Below are positions 44,280 to 53,956 of a DNA stretch of 59,968 nt, piece by piece. Made by a program: the position numbers and the translations under genes. Position 1 is the first letter of the stretch, and each line of letters starts with the position of its first letter. The stretch is from an uncultured Planctomycetales bacterium. Its GTDB lineage: Bacteria > Omnitrophota > Gorgyraeia > Zapsychrales > GWA2-47-8. The notes below the pieces were generated by a model. It searched no databases and was not told where the DNA came from. It saw only the letters and a list, made by a program, of their open reading frames with translations. Location: assembly GCA_964364715.1 (NCBI GenBank), contig CAYING010000004.1:4376-64343 (forward strand), in the 5' to 3' direction.

Positions 44280-45280
44280 AAGTTTTTATTCGCGCGGATG
44301 GTTCGGAGGTGATCGGAACGGGACACATCATGCGCACGCTGGTTTTGGCAGAGAAGCTGAAGGAAAAAGGGAATGATGTGATCTTCCTCTGCCGTAAGCT
44401 GCCGGGAGCGCCGTTCGCGCGCATTCAACGATGCGGATTTAAGATCGAGACGATTGCCAACGTCTGGCCGTTCGGGATGGAACTTGTGCAGATCCGTTCG
44501 CTGATCGCAAAGTATAAGCCGAAATGGATCGTGGTTGATCATTATGAAGCGAAAGAAAATTATTACCTCGCGTTAAAGGAATTTGGCGTCAAAGTGATGG
44601 CGGTTGATGACATTAACCAGACAAAATTTCCGGTCGATATTTTATTTAACCAGAATATCAACGCAAAAAATTTGAAGTATAAATGCAGCGTACGGACAAA
44701 AAAGATATTTGGCCCCAAATACGCCTTAGTAAAAGATGTTTATGCACAATTAAGAAGCAAGGCACAGGTCCGTACGAATTTTAACCGTGTGTTGGTCTTT
44801 ATGGGAGGAGCTGACCCGGATAATCAGACGCTGAAGGTTTTACACGGGATCGTCCGCTCGGGGCGCATGCTTAAAGTCGATGTGGTTCTGGGCAGCGCGT
44901 TTAAATATTCGAAAAGCATTGAAGCGGAAATAAAGAAACACGGAACAGCCTGGAAGATTCATCGCGACGTTCCGGATTTGGCGGCATTGATGCTGAAGTC
45001 GGATGTGGCGATCGGCGCCGGCGGTTCGGTGTCGTGGGAAATGTGTACTCTTAAGTTGCCGATGATTTTAATGTCGATCGCGGATAACCAATTGGGCATT
45101 GCGAAAGGATTGGCGAAGGCAAAAGCCGCGGTCAATTTCGGGAAGTTTAACAAAGTGAAAGAATCGGATTTGGCAAAAGTTATTAAGAGTTTAACAGCAC
45201 GAAAAGTGCAAAGACTCTCACAGAACGCCGCCCGAATATGTGACGGTTTAGGCGCTGGACGGACCGTGCGTTATTTTTAA
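44276..45280 (+). CDS. pseG: UDP-2,4-diacetamido-2,4,6-trideoxy-beta-L-altropyranose hydrolase
   Basis: IRADGS..IGTGHIMR, VDHY, DD, GPKYAL, MGGADP, GAGGSVSWE and ADNQ. Confidence 0.9.
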   Translation: MKVFIRADGSEVIGTGHIMRTLVLAEKLKEKGNDVIFLCRKLPGAPFARIQRCGFKIETIANVWPFGMELVQIRSLIAKYKPKWIVVDHYEAKENYYLALKEFGVKVMAVDDINQTKFPVDILFNQNINAKNLKYKCSVRTKKIFGPKYALVKDVYAQLRSKAQVRTNFNRVLVFMGGADPDNQTLKVLHGIVRSGRMLKVDVVLGSAFKYSKSIEAEIKKHGTAWKIHRDVPDLAALMLKSDVAIGAGGSVSWEMCTLKLPMILMSIADNQLGIAKGLAKAKAAVNFGKFNKVKESDLAKVIKSLTARKVQRLSQNAARICDGLGAGRTVRYF

Positions 45281-45284
45281 AAAT

Positions 45285-45929
45285 ATGAAGATCACCTTAT
45301 TGATTGATAATCTGGGGGGTTGGATAGTGCCTTACGCACAAAATTGGGCCAAGGAACTGCGAGGGTATGGACACAAGGTTGCGGTGGTGCATAAACATTC
45401 AAAAATTCAGAAGGGCGATGTTCTCTTCCTTTTGAATTGTGAAAAAAGACTTCTAGCCCGAAGTGCTGCGTTGAATCGTTTTAATCTCGTGATCCATGCG
45501 AGTGATTTGCCGAAAGGCAAGGGATGGAGCCCGATGACGTGGCAGATCCTGCAGGGTAAGACTAGGATCCCCCTCACAGTGTTCAAAGCCGCCGAGAAAA
45601 TTGACAGCGGGGAAATCTATAAGAAAGAAGTGATGCATTTTCGCGGGGATGAACTTATTGATGAGTTACGCGAGGTTCTTGCGAGGCATATGCGAAGCTT
45701 GATGTTTGATTTTATAAAAAATAATAAAAAGGCAAAGTTTCACTCGCAGAAAGGAAGGAGTGCTTATTACCTGAGACGGAGGCCAGAAGATAGCTGTTTG
45801 GATATCAATAAAAGTATCAAAGCCCAGTTCAATCTTTTTCGGGTCGCGGATAATGTGAGGTATCCTGTTTATTTTAATTATAGGGGGCATGAATATATTC
45901 TGAAGATTTATAAAAAGAAAACTGCGTGA
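45285..45929 (+). CDS. Sugar N-formyltransferase-like protein
   Basis: VIHASDLPKGKGWSP..WQIL, IDSG.IY, RRRPEDS and FNLFRVADNVRYP. Confidence 0.8.
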   Translation: MKITLLIDNLGGWIVPYAQNWAKELRGYGHKVAVVHKHSKIQKGDVLFLLNCEKRLLARSAALNRFNLVIHASDLPKGKGWSPMTWQILQGKTRIPLTVFKAAEKIDSGEIYKKEVMHFRGDELIDELREVLARHMRSLMFDFIKNNKKAKFHSQKGRSAYYLRRRPEDSCLDINKSIKAQFNLFRVADNVRYPVYFNYRGHEYILKIYKKKTA

Positions 45930-45971
45930 TCGAAAAGTCGTTGAGAGCGGGGATTTTTGGAAAAAAATCAG

Positions 45972-47030
45972 ATGTATAAAAATGTAATCAAAATAGGACA
46001 TCGGAAGATCGGGGCGGAGTATCCGCCGTTCATTATCGCGGAGATGTCGGGCAACCACAATCAGTCGCTGAAACGCGCGCTGGCGATCGTCGAAGCAGCC
46101 GCACGCGCCGGCTGCGATGCGCTAAAGATCCAGACGTATACCGCAGACACGATGACTATCCGTGTGAAGCGGAAGGAATTTTTTATTGAGGACAAAAAGA
46201 GTTTGTGGAAAGGTTTTTATCTGCATGATCTTTATAAAAAGGCTTTTACCCCGTGGGAATGGCACAAAGCAATATTTACGCGATGCAAAGAGCTGGGGAT
46301 GATCGGTTTTAGTACGCCGTTCGATGAAAGCGCGGTGGATTTTCTGGAATCGCTCAAAATTCCGGCGTATAAGATCGCTTCGTTTGAAAATAATCATTTG
46401 CCTTTGATCAGCAAAGTTGCCAAAACCGGAAAACCGCTGATCATGTCGACGGGGATGGCGACACGGGAAGAGTTGGACCTGGCGGTTAAGACGGCACGTC
46501 AATCCGGATGTAAAGATTTGATCTTGCTCAAGTGTACCAGTGCTTATCCGAGTTTGCCTCAGGACGCGAATTTGCTTACCATCCCGGATATAGCCAAGCG
46601 TTTTGATTGTGTCGTAGGGATTTCCGATCATACGCTAGGTGTTGGAGTAGCTGTCGCAAGCGTGGCGTTGGGCGCGCGGGTGATCGAAAAGCATTTTACT
46701 CTGCGCCGCAATGACGGCGGAGTTGATGCCGCGTTCTCTCTTGAGCCGCAGGAAATGAAAGAGCTCGTCGAGGAAAGTAAAAAAGCTTTTTACGGGATGG
46801 GAAAGGTTAGTTATGGCCGTACGGATGCCGAGAAAAAAAGTTTACGTTTTCGGCGGTCGATTTTTACCGTTGAGGACATCCTGGCGGGAGAAAGGTTCAC
46901 AGAAAAAAATATCCGTATCATCCGTCCCGGCAACGGTATGGCGCCAAGATACTTGAATGATATTTTGGGGAAGAAGGCCAAAAAGAAAATTGTGCGAGGA
47001 ACGCCGCTTCAGTGGAAGCATGTGCGATAA
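45972..47030 (+). CDS. pseI: Pseudaminic acid synthase (NeuB family)
   Basis: IIAEMSGNHNQS, KIQTYTADTMT, TPWEWH, KIASFE, LKCTSAYP, SDHT, IEKHFT and a C-terminal SAF domain. Confidence 0.93.
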   Translation: MYKNVIKIGHRKIGAEYPPFIIAEMSGNHNQSLKRALAIVEAAARAGCDALKIQTYTADTMTIRVKRKEFFIEDKKSLWKGFYLHDLYKKAFTPWEWHKAIFTRCKELGMIGFSTPFDESAVDFLESLKIPAYKIASFENNHLPLISKVAKTGKPLIMSTGMATREELDLAVKTARQSGCKDLILLKCTSAYPSLPQDANLLTIPDIAKRFDCVVGISDHTLGVGVAVASVALGARVIEKHFTLRRNDGGVDAAFSLEPQEMKELVEESKKAFYGMGKVSYGRTDAEKKSLRFRRSIFTVEDILAGERFTEKNIRIIRPGNGMAPRYLNDILGKKAKKKIVRGTPLQWKHVR

Positions 47031-47069
47031 CATTGAACATGATATCGAAGTGTGGTTTGGTTTTTTAAA

Positions 47070-47088
47070 GCCCCGCCTGTGGCGGGGC
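47070..47088. repeat. GC-rich triloop palindrome immediately before an RBS
   Basis: GCCCCGCC-TGT-GGCGGGGC followed by AGGGAGAAAATT-ATG. Confidence 0.6.
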
Positions 47089-47100
47089 AGGGAGAAAATT

Positions 47101-48246
47101 ATGAAAGTATGCTCAAAGTGTGTGACGCCCGAAACCCATGAGACGATTGCCTTTGACGATCATGGTACGTGCAATATCTGCCGGCAGATCGAATTTAAAC
47201 AGGAAAAGATCGATTGGGTTCAAAAGCGGAAAGAATTTGAGAATTTGGCTGATCAATACCGCGGCAAAGGGCAATATGACTGTATCATCCCGTTCAGCGG
47301 CGGAAAAGACAGCACGTTCACGTTGTACGCTATTGTGAAATGGTTCAATTTGAAACCGCTCGTCGTGAGTTTTGACCACGGATTTTTTCGGCCGAACCTT
47401 TTGGCCAATACCGAGCGGACGATGAACCGTTTGGGCTGTGATTTTCTGAAATTTAAGGTCAATCCGCAAGTAGTTAAAAGAACGATGGCCGAATCATTGA
47501 TCCGCAAGGGCGATTTTTGCTGGCATTGCCATACGGGTATTTATGCGTATCCGATGCAGATTGCGGTGAAATTCAAGATTCCGCTTCTGGTGTGGGGCGA
47601 GCCCAGCGCCGAATATACTGCGTACTACGGTTACGGCGACGTTGAGGAAGCGGATGAAAAAAGATTTAACCGCTGGATCAATCTGGGGATCACCGCCGAG
47701 GATATGGCCGGGATGCTGGGAAGCGGCGTGACCCTGAGGGATCTGGAGCCTTTTAAATATCCTTCGTTCCAGGAACTTCGCGCGTTGAAATGCCGCTCGG
47801 TATTTTTAGGCAGTTATATCCCTTGGGATGTTAAGAAGCAATCACAGCTGATCCACGAGGAACTTGGTTGGGAAGGTGATGAGGTCGAAGGCGTTCCGCC
47901 GGGGTACGCATATGAGAAGATCGAATGCGCGTTTCAAGGTATCCGGGATTATTGTAAGTACATCAAGCGCGGTTTTGCCCGTGTGACACATTTGACCAGT
48001 ATAGATATCCGTAACGGACGCTTAAGCCGCGAAGAGGCTGCAAAATTAGTCAAACAATATGAAGGCAAACGTCCGGCGAGTTTGGATATTTTTCTTAAGT
48101 ACGCGGGTATCACGGAAGAGGAATTTAACAGTATCTTGATCAAGCAGGCGATCAGTCCGTATACGCACGATTTTGCAAAAACAGAGACCGGTAAGCCTGT
48201 GCACGATATGGGGCAGTGGGAATTGTTGAACAGTATTGATAAATAG
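47101..48246 (+). CDS. N-acetyl sugar amidotransferase (WbuX/PseA-like)
   Basis: CSKC..CNIC, YDCIIPFSGGKDS PP-loop, WGE and DIRNGRLSREEA. Followed by HisH/HisF-like genes. ATG at 47101 has an RBS. Confidence 0.9.
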   Translation: MKVCSKCVTPETHETIAFDDHGTCNICRQIEFKQEKIDWVQKRKEFENLADQYRGKGQYDCIIPFSGGKDSTFTLYAIVKWFNLKPLVVSFDHGFFRPNLLANTERTMNRLGCDFLKFKVNPQVVKRTMAESLIRKGDFCWHCHTGIYAYPMQIAVKFKIPLLVWGEPSAEYTAYYGYGDVEEADEKRFNRWINLGITAEDMAGMLGSGVTLRDLEPFKYPSFQELRALKCRSVFLGSYIPWDVKKQSQLIHEELGWEGDEVEGVPPGYAYEKIECAFQGIRDYCKYIKRGFARVTHLTSIDIRNGRLSREEAAKLVKQYEGKRPASLDIFLKYAGITEEEFNSILIKQAISPYTHDFAKTETGKPVHDMGQWELLNSIDK

Positions 48247-48259
48247 GACGAGGTTTGAC

Positions 48260-48880
48260 GTGATCGCGGTCATTGATTATGAAATGGGAAATCTCCGCTC
48301 GGTCGCCAAAGCCCTCGAATGTGTCGGCGGTCAGGTGACGGTGACGAATGACCGAACTGTAATTGAACAGGCGGACAGGATCGTGCTCCCTGGCGTGGGG
48401 GCATTCCCAGACGGGATAAAAAATTTACGGGAGCATCATTTGACCGGTCTTTTGCATCAGCAGGTCATTGAAATGAAAAAACCTTTTTTGGGGATCTGTT
48501 TGGGGATGCAATTGTTAGCCAAAAAGAGTTATGAATTCGGCGAAACCGAAGGGCTTGGTTGGATCGATGCGGAGATCGTACGATTCGAATTCGCGGATCC
48601 GCAGCTGAGAGTTCCTCACGTTGGGTGGAATGATGTTGAGATCGTAAAACCCGGGTCTATTTTCTCAAAAACGAAGTCAGGCGACAATTTTTATTTTGTG
48701 CACAGTTATTATATGAAAAACAATGACCCTTCTGATGTGGCGGCGACCTGCGATTACGGCGGTAACTTCACCGCAGCGATCCAAAGGGGAAATATTTTTG
48801 CCACACAGTTCCATCCGGAAAAAAGCCAAAGCAAGGGGCTGGATATTTTGGAACAGTTTGTCGAATGGAACGGACGATGA
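48260..48880 (+). CDS. hisH: HisH-like glutamine amidotransferase (WbuY-type, glycan modification)
   Basis: IDYEMGNLRSV, LPGVGAF, LGICLGMQ, PHVGWN, YFVHSY and QFHPEKS. Confidence 0.9.
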   Translation: MIAVIDYEMGNLRSVAKALECVGGQVTVTNDRTVIEQADRIVLPGVGAFPDGIKNLREHHLTGLLHQQVIEMKKPFLGICLGMQLLAKKSYEFGETEGLGWIDAEIVRFEFADPQLRVPHVGWNDVEIVKPGSIFSKTKSGDNFYFVHSYYMKNNDPSDVAATCDYGGNFTAAIQRGNIFATQFHPEKSQSKGLDILEQFVEWNGR

Positions 48881-49641
48881 CCTTAAAGACGCGGATTATT
48901 CCAGCCTTGCTGTTAAAGAACGGGCGTTGTATCAAGACACAGCAGTTTGAAGGGGCGCGTGATACGGGTGACCCGGTGACCGCCTCGAAGATCTATGACG
49001 CCCAAGGCGCGGACGAGCTGCTTTTCTTGGACATTACGGCGAGCAATGAGAAGCGCGATATCTTATTTAATATCATTCAGCGCGTGGCTGAACAATGTTT
49101 TATGCCGTTGACCGTTGGGGGCGGCATCCGGACGACCGAGGATATTCGCACATTATTAAAGATCGGCGCCGACAAAGTGGCGGTGTGTTCGGAATTTGTC
49201 CAGCGGCCGGAGTTTATCGATGAAGCGGTGAAGATTTTCGGCTCATCGACGATCGTAGGGATCATTACCTATCATTCGGTGAACGGAAAGAATTTGGTCT
49301 TTATCCATGGGAAAGAGACTCAGACGGACCGTGAGGTCATCAGTTGGGCCAAGGAATTGGAAGATCGCGGGGTGGGGGAAATATTCCTCTATTCGATCGA
49401 CCGCGACGGGATGATGACCGGTTATGATGTCGAACTGATCCGTGAATTGAATCAGCATATCCGCGTTCCGCTCATTGTCTGCGGGGGCTGCGGGAAATTA
49501 AGCGATTTTGTGGATGTTGTGCGCGAGACGAACGTTTCCGCGGTGTCGGCAGCCAGTATTTTTCATTTTACGGATCAGAATTTGATCAAGACCCGCTGGC
49601 ATATGAAGAACCAGGGAATAACTGTCAGGAGTGTTTTTTAA
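48877..49641 (+). CDS. hisF: HisF-like cyclase (WbuZ-type)
   Basis: RIIPALL, GADEL.FLDI, FMPLTVGGGI, GADKV, SIDRDG and AASIFHF. Confidence 0.88.
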   Translation: MTLKTRIIPALLLKNGRCIKTQQFEGARDTGDPVTASKIYDAQGADELLFLDITASNEKRDILFNIIQRVAEQCFMPLTVGGGIRTTEDIRTLLKIGADKVAVCSEFVQRPEFIDEAVKIFGSSTIVGIITYHSVNGKNLVFIHGKETQTDREVISWAKELEDRGVGEIFLYSIDRDGMMTGYDVELIRELNQHIRVPLIVCGGCGKLSDFVDVVRETNVSAVSAASIFHFTDQNLIKTRWHMKNQGITVRSVF

Positions 49642-49649
49642 GGAAGAAT

Positions 49650-51257
49650 ATGCGTTTCTTTTTTGAATCATCAACGATCAATTACAAAATGCGGCACGCC
49701 TTGGCGGTCGAGCTGAACAAGCTTTATCCGGAGAGCAAGTTCGCCGCGATCGACACTTCGCATAGTCATGAGGTGACTAGATATCTCAAGGCGCAGGAAG
49801 ATATTCACTATGAATTCATCGATGATTATGTCAATTTATGCAATGGCAGCCTCAAAGAGGAAGCAGACTATGGGTTGCTGGCGGAATTTGAGAAAACCGC
49901 TCCGGAGAAAAGTCTTTGGTTCTTTGTCGCGATGGACCGGGAGTGGGGGTATCAGTTCTGCAAGGGTGTCTATTTGCCGGCTTCCTATATTCAACAGATC
50001 AACTCGCCGGAAAATATCTGGCGCGTGGCGTCAGGGCTGATCAAATATTATAAAAAAGTTCTGGTGGATTTTAAGCCGGATGTTTTTATCCCCGCGAACG
50101 GACAGAATTCGATGTCTTGTCCGATCATATACCAGTTGTGTGATAATCATAATGTCCTCTGTGTGGTGCCGGAGATCGTGCGGACGCAGAACTATATGGT
50201 TTTGACGGGGAATCGACAGTATCTTTTCGAACAGGTTGATAACACATGCCGGAAATTGATCAGGAAAGAGATGGCCATGGACATGTCGGCAGGGGAGAAA
50301 ATTTATAATGAATTAATGGCCGATTTAGAAAATGAGAAATATTTCAACGTTTCGCGCATTGATCACTTTAAATTCAATTCCCCGTGGCTCCAGTTTTTAT
50401 TCTTGTCCGTGAAGTCAATCGTCAGTCAATTGAAACGCTGGTTTAGCGAAGCGCCGCGCCGAAAGAGCGACACCATTTTTAAACAAACCGGCGGGATCAG
50501 GACACTTTTTCATAATATTTTCTTTTCAGTTTTAATTCATTTTCGCCGGGTCCAGCTGATGAACCCAAAATTTTATCAGCTTTTCGATCAGAAGGAGAAA
50601 TATATTTATTTTCCGCTGCACAGCACGAACGAATATTCTACGCAAGTCCAGGGGACGATGTGGATCGATCAGCTGCAGATTGCGCAGGCCTTGGCGAAAA
50701 GTATTCCGTATGATTGGAAGGTCATTGTCAAAGAGCATCCTGGGATCCTCTTGTGGCGCGTTCGACCAAGTTTGTTTTACGAAGAGATCAAAAAATATTC
50801 TAATGTGAAATTAGTGAAAACAGACCTGAGCAGTAATAGGCTGATCTCGCATGCCCAGATGATCTTTACGATCGTGGGAACGACGGGCTGGGAGGCGATC
50901 ATGCGCGGCAAACCGGTCGTGTCCATGGAGAGGAATATGTTTGATGTTTTGGGATTAAACAGGATCTGTACGGATCTTAAAGAATTGTCCCGCGCGATCT
51001 ACGAAGAGAACGAGCGCATCAAAACGATACCCACACAGGAACGCCGGCGCCGGATTATTTGTTTATTAACGGCTATCGCCAAACATGGGATTTGGATCGA
51101 TGATCCGATCAAGTTTATCGGAGAAAAGGAATCCACTCCTGAGGAACGCCGGCCTATGGCTGAATTATTGGCGCAGGGATATAAAAATTATATTGAATTC
51201 AGGAAAATAAATTCGTCGCAGAAGAACGAAAGGTTCGAATACGATGGGATCCGATAG
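49650..51257 (+). CDS. Capsule_synth/KpsS-like protein, candidate ulosonic-acid transferase
   Basis: YIYFPLH..E.S, VKEHP and TIVGTTGWEAIMRGKPV, typical of KpsS/KpsC-like GT-B proteins. Located in a Pse cluster. Confidence 0.7.
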   Translation: MRFFFESSTINYKMRHALAVELNKLYPESKFAAIDTSHSHEVTRYLKAQEDIHYEFIDDYVNLCNGSLKEEADYGLLAEFEKTAPEKSLWFFVAMDREWGYQFCKGVYLPASYIQQINSPENIWRVASGLIKYYKKVLVDFKPDVFIPANGQNSMSCPIIYQLCDNHNVLCVVPEIVRTQNYMVLTGNRQYLFEQVDNTCRKLIRKEMAMDMSAGEKIYNELMADLENEKYFNVSRIDHFKFNSPWLQFLFLSVKSIVSQLKRWFSEAPRRKSDTIFKQTGGIRTLFHNIFFSVLIHFRRVQLMNPKFYQLFDQKEKYIYFPLHSTNEYSTQVQGTMWIDQLQIAQALAKSIPYDWKVIVKEHPGILLWRVRPSLFYEEIKKYSNVKLVKTDLSSNRLISHAQMIFTIVGTTGWEAIMRGKPVVSMERNMFDVLGLNRICTDLKELSRAIYEENERIKTIPTQERRRRIICLLTAIAKHGIWIDDPIKFIGEKESTPEERRPMAELLAQGYKNYIEFRKINSSQKNERFEYDGIR

Positions 51258-53028
51258 TCTCTTCGGGAAAATATCCCTGATCATTCATTTGATCCGGACG
51301 ACACCACGCTATCCGCTCATCATCGGCGCGCAATTAGTGAGCGGGTTTGCCAGTGTTCTGGGATTGCCATTGTTAGTGCCCGTCTTGAATTTCATGAACC
51401 CGGATCCCGCAGGTGCAATTTCACAGCAAGTTTATTTGGGGCCCGTAAAATATATTTTAGATGCCTTTAATGTTGAGCCGAACTTTTATTTACTTTTGAT
51501 CGTTGCGTTCATTTTGATCGTCACGGGACAATGCCTGCTCTTTATCTCGTCGCTCTTGGCGAACAATGCGCAAACTGACGCCCTTGCCGAATACCGCAAG
51601 AAAATCTTTACCGCCTATAGTAAAGCTGACTGGTTATGGCTGTGCGAGAACCGTTCCGGCGAAATGAATTATTCTGTCCTGCGGGAGGCGGAGTTGGCGA
51701 GCGTGGCGCACTTAAATGCTCAGCGTGTACTTATTTATACAGTGCAGGTCTGCGCGCTTTTATTCGTGACGATTCAGTTGTCGTGGCCGATAACAGTATT
51801 AGCGATTTTCGTCTACGGGATCGTGGCTTGGCTCAGCACATATAATTCTTCACAGGTGCAAAAGTTTTCCTATCAATACAATGAACAGCATAAGGCCATG
51901 AGCAATGAATTCGCCGGGATGCAGCAGAACAAAAAATTTCTTAAAACATCGCTGCTGAGCGAGAAATCTCTCCGGCGGATTTTCGGGCAGGTCGAGAATA
52001 TTACCACTAATGTGAAAATTCAGAACGTTCGCATCGAAATGCAGAATACGCTGACCGCCAGCGCCACGTTGATCTTTTTGATGGGATTAATGTTTTTCCA
52101 TCAGCAGTTGTCGCTCAATTATTCCGAATTGTTCCTTATTTTATTTGTTTTCTTGCGGTTAGCCCCGCAGTTCTCCTCGTTGTCAACGGCCTATGTGTCC
52201 TTGGACGGGAATATTCCGATGTACCGGTCAATGCATGAGCGGCTTAAGAGTTTGCTTGAACATCAGGAAAAGAACGGGACAAAAGTTTTTGACCCCGGCA
52301 AAATTATTCGATTTGATGATGTGAAATTCAGTTATCCGAACGGTAAGAAAATTTTTGAATCCTTGGACGTTTCCGTTGAGCCCCGGCAAACGACAGCCTT
52401 TATCGGCGGTTCCGGAGTGGGGAAATCCACGATTTTGGACCTGATCCTCGGGCTTTTGACGCCGCAGGGCGGGCAGATCCTGTACGGAGATGTCCGTCAT
52501 ACGGATCTGGACAAAGATTCATTGCGCAGTAAGGTTGCCTATGTGAGCCAGGAAACAACTTTAGTCGACGGCACATTGAGGGATAATTTGCTGATCGGCG
52601 GGATGGATATTTTAGAGGATAAGGTTTGGGATATATTGCAGAAGGTCGGCCTGGACCAGTCGGTGCGCGAGATGCCGCAAGGGTTAGAGACACCCGTGGG
52701 GGAGAACGGGATCAAGCTGTCCGGCGGACAGCGTCAGCGTGTGGCTTTGGCGCGGGCGCTTTTTATGGACCCCAAGATCCTTGTTTTGGATGAAGCGACG
52801 AGTTCGCTGGATGTGGAAACGGAATCCTTTATTCAGGAGACGATCAAGAAATTAAAATCGGAATTGACCATCATCATCGTCACACACCGTTTGTCTTCAG
52901 TGCGGATCGCGGATAAGATCTACGTTCTGGAAGAAGGGAAGGTCATAGAGTCGGGCAGTTATCAGGATCTTCTGAGACAAGAGGGAAAATTTCAACTGTT
53001 ATTGACCTTTGCACAACCAAAGCAATAA
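51244..53028 (+). CDS. ABC exporter, fused TMD+NBD (MsbA/PglK-like glycan flippase)
   Basis: N-terminal TM helices, GGSGVGKST, YVSQE, LSGGQRQR, LDEATSSLD and THRLS. Confidence 0.9.
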   Translation: MGSDSLFGKISLIIHLIRTTPRYPLIIGAQLVSGFASVLGLPLLVPVLNFMNPDPAGAISQQVYLGPVKYILDAFNVEPNFYLLLIVAFILIVTGQCLLFISSLLANNAQTDALAEYRKKIFTAYSKADWLWLCENRSGEMNYSVLREAELASVAHLNAQRVLIYTVQVCALLFVTIQLSWPITVLAIFVYGIVAWLSTYNSSQVQKFSYQYNEQHKAMSNEFAGMQQNKKFLKTSLLSEKSLRRIFGQVENITTNVKIQNVRIEMQNTLTASATLIFLMGLMFFHQQLSLNYSELFLILFVFLRLAPQFSSLSTAYVSLDGNIPMYRSMHERLKSLLEHQEKNGTKVFDPGKIIRFDDVKFSYPNGKKIFESLDVSVEPRQTTAFIGGSGVGKSTILDLILGLLTPQGGQILYGDVRHTDLDKDSLRSKVAYVSQETTLVDGTLRDNLLIGGMDILEDKVWDILQKVGLDQSVREMPQGLETPVGENGIKLSGGQRQRVALARALFMDPKILVLDEATSSLDVETESFIQETIKKLKSELTIIIVTHRLSSVRIADKIYVLEEGKVIESGSYQDLLRQEGKFQLLLTFAQPKQ

Positions 53029-53136
53029 GGTAGTCAATATAAGGTCTTTTATCTAGATGACAAAGGTCGTTATATTGGACTTCCATAATATTTTATAAGG
53101 AAAAGACCAATAAACTCGTTACAAAGGTGAGGGAAT

Positions 53137-53862
53137 ATGCATAAGGGAAAAACAATTTTAGCGTTTATCGGTGCTCGGGGAGGCTCCAAAGGACTAAAGA
53201 ATAAGAATATTATCGATTTTGCCGGAGGGCCGTTGCTCGTCTGGAGCATTGAGGCTGCGCGTGAATCAAAATATGTCGACCGCACCATTGTTTCAACCGA
53301 TTCGGAAGCTATCGCGGAAGTCGCCAAGCAAGCGGGAGCGGATGTGCCTTTTTTGCGTCCGGCAAAAATCGCCCGGGATACTTCCCGGATCGAAGAAGCG
53401 ATCGAGCATTCACTCCTCTGGATTCGGGAATATGAAGGCCGCACCTATGATTATATTCTGCTTTTGCAGCCGACATCGCCTCTACGTACGGTCAAGCACG
53501 TGGATGCCGCGATCGAGCATTTTTTTAAATACAAAAAAACAAAACGCGATACGCTGGTCTCGGTCAATGAGCTGCCGGCCAAGGTCGGATGGCTGATGAG
53601 TAAGGATAAGAAGGGATACATTCAGTTCTGTATTAAAGCCGCCGAGAAACAACACCGGAGACAGGATATCCCTGAATATTATTTGCCGAACGGGTCGATC
53701 TATTTGATGCCGACAGCGGGGGTTGCCAAGGATGGACTTTTCCCTGAGTGCACCATTCCTTTTGTTATGGAAGAGGAGGTTTCGGTCGATATCGATTCTC
53801 AGGAAGATCTGCGCCGCGCACTGGATATTTTCAAGAAGCGGAAAGAAATGGTTAATATATAG
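53137..53862 (+). CDS. neuA: Acylneuraminate (CMP-nonulosonate) cytidylyltransferase
   Basis: ARGGSKGLKNKN, VSTDS, PFLRP, LLQPTSPLR, RRQD, NGSIY and SVDID. Confidence 0.9.
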   Translation: MHKGKTILAFIGARGGSKGLKNKNIIDFAGGPLLVWSIEAARESKYVDRTIVSTDSEAIAEVAKQAGADVPFLRPAKIARDTSRIEEAIEHSLLWIREYEGRTYDYILLLQPTSPLRTVKHVDAAIEHFFKYKKTKRDTLVSVNELPAKVGWLMSKDKKGYIQFCIKAAEKQHRRQDIPEYYLPNGSIYLMPTAGVAKDGLFPECTIPFVMEEEVSVDIDSQEDLRRALDIFKKRKEMVNI

Positions 53863-53871
53863 ATCAAGGAA

Positions 53872-53941
53872 ATCCCGCTTCGCGGGATCAATTCGCACGT
53901 CTGACTTACGTCGCCTTTCGGCTTCCGTAAGTCAGGCGCTC
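53872..53941. repeat. Palindrome pair in the neuA-legB spacer
   Basis: ATCCCGC-TTC-GCGGGAT and CGTCTGACTTACG..CGTAAGTCAGGCG long hairpin just before the RBS GAGGAG. Confidence 0.65.
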
Positions 53942-53956
53942 ATTGAGGAGCATAAA

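Noticed and set aside
46957-47100. N-terminal extensions given by the ORF track (also 39582, 53723, 13772, 10284, 57780)
   Set aside because: They overlap upstream genes or run through palindromes. Downstream ATGs with an RBS or coupling give canonical N-termini.
48260-49641. hisH/hisF as histidine biosynthesis genes
   Set aside because: They follow a WbuX-type amidotransferase inside a glycan cluster and no other his genes are present. This fits the known glycan-modification paralogs.
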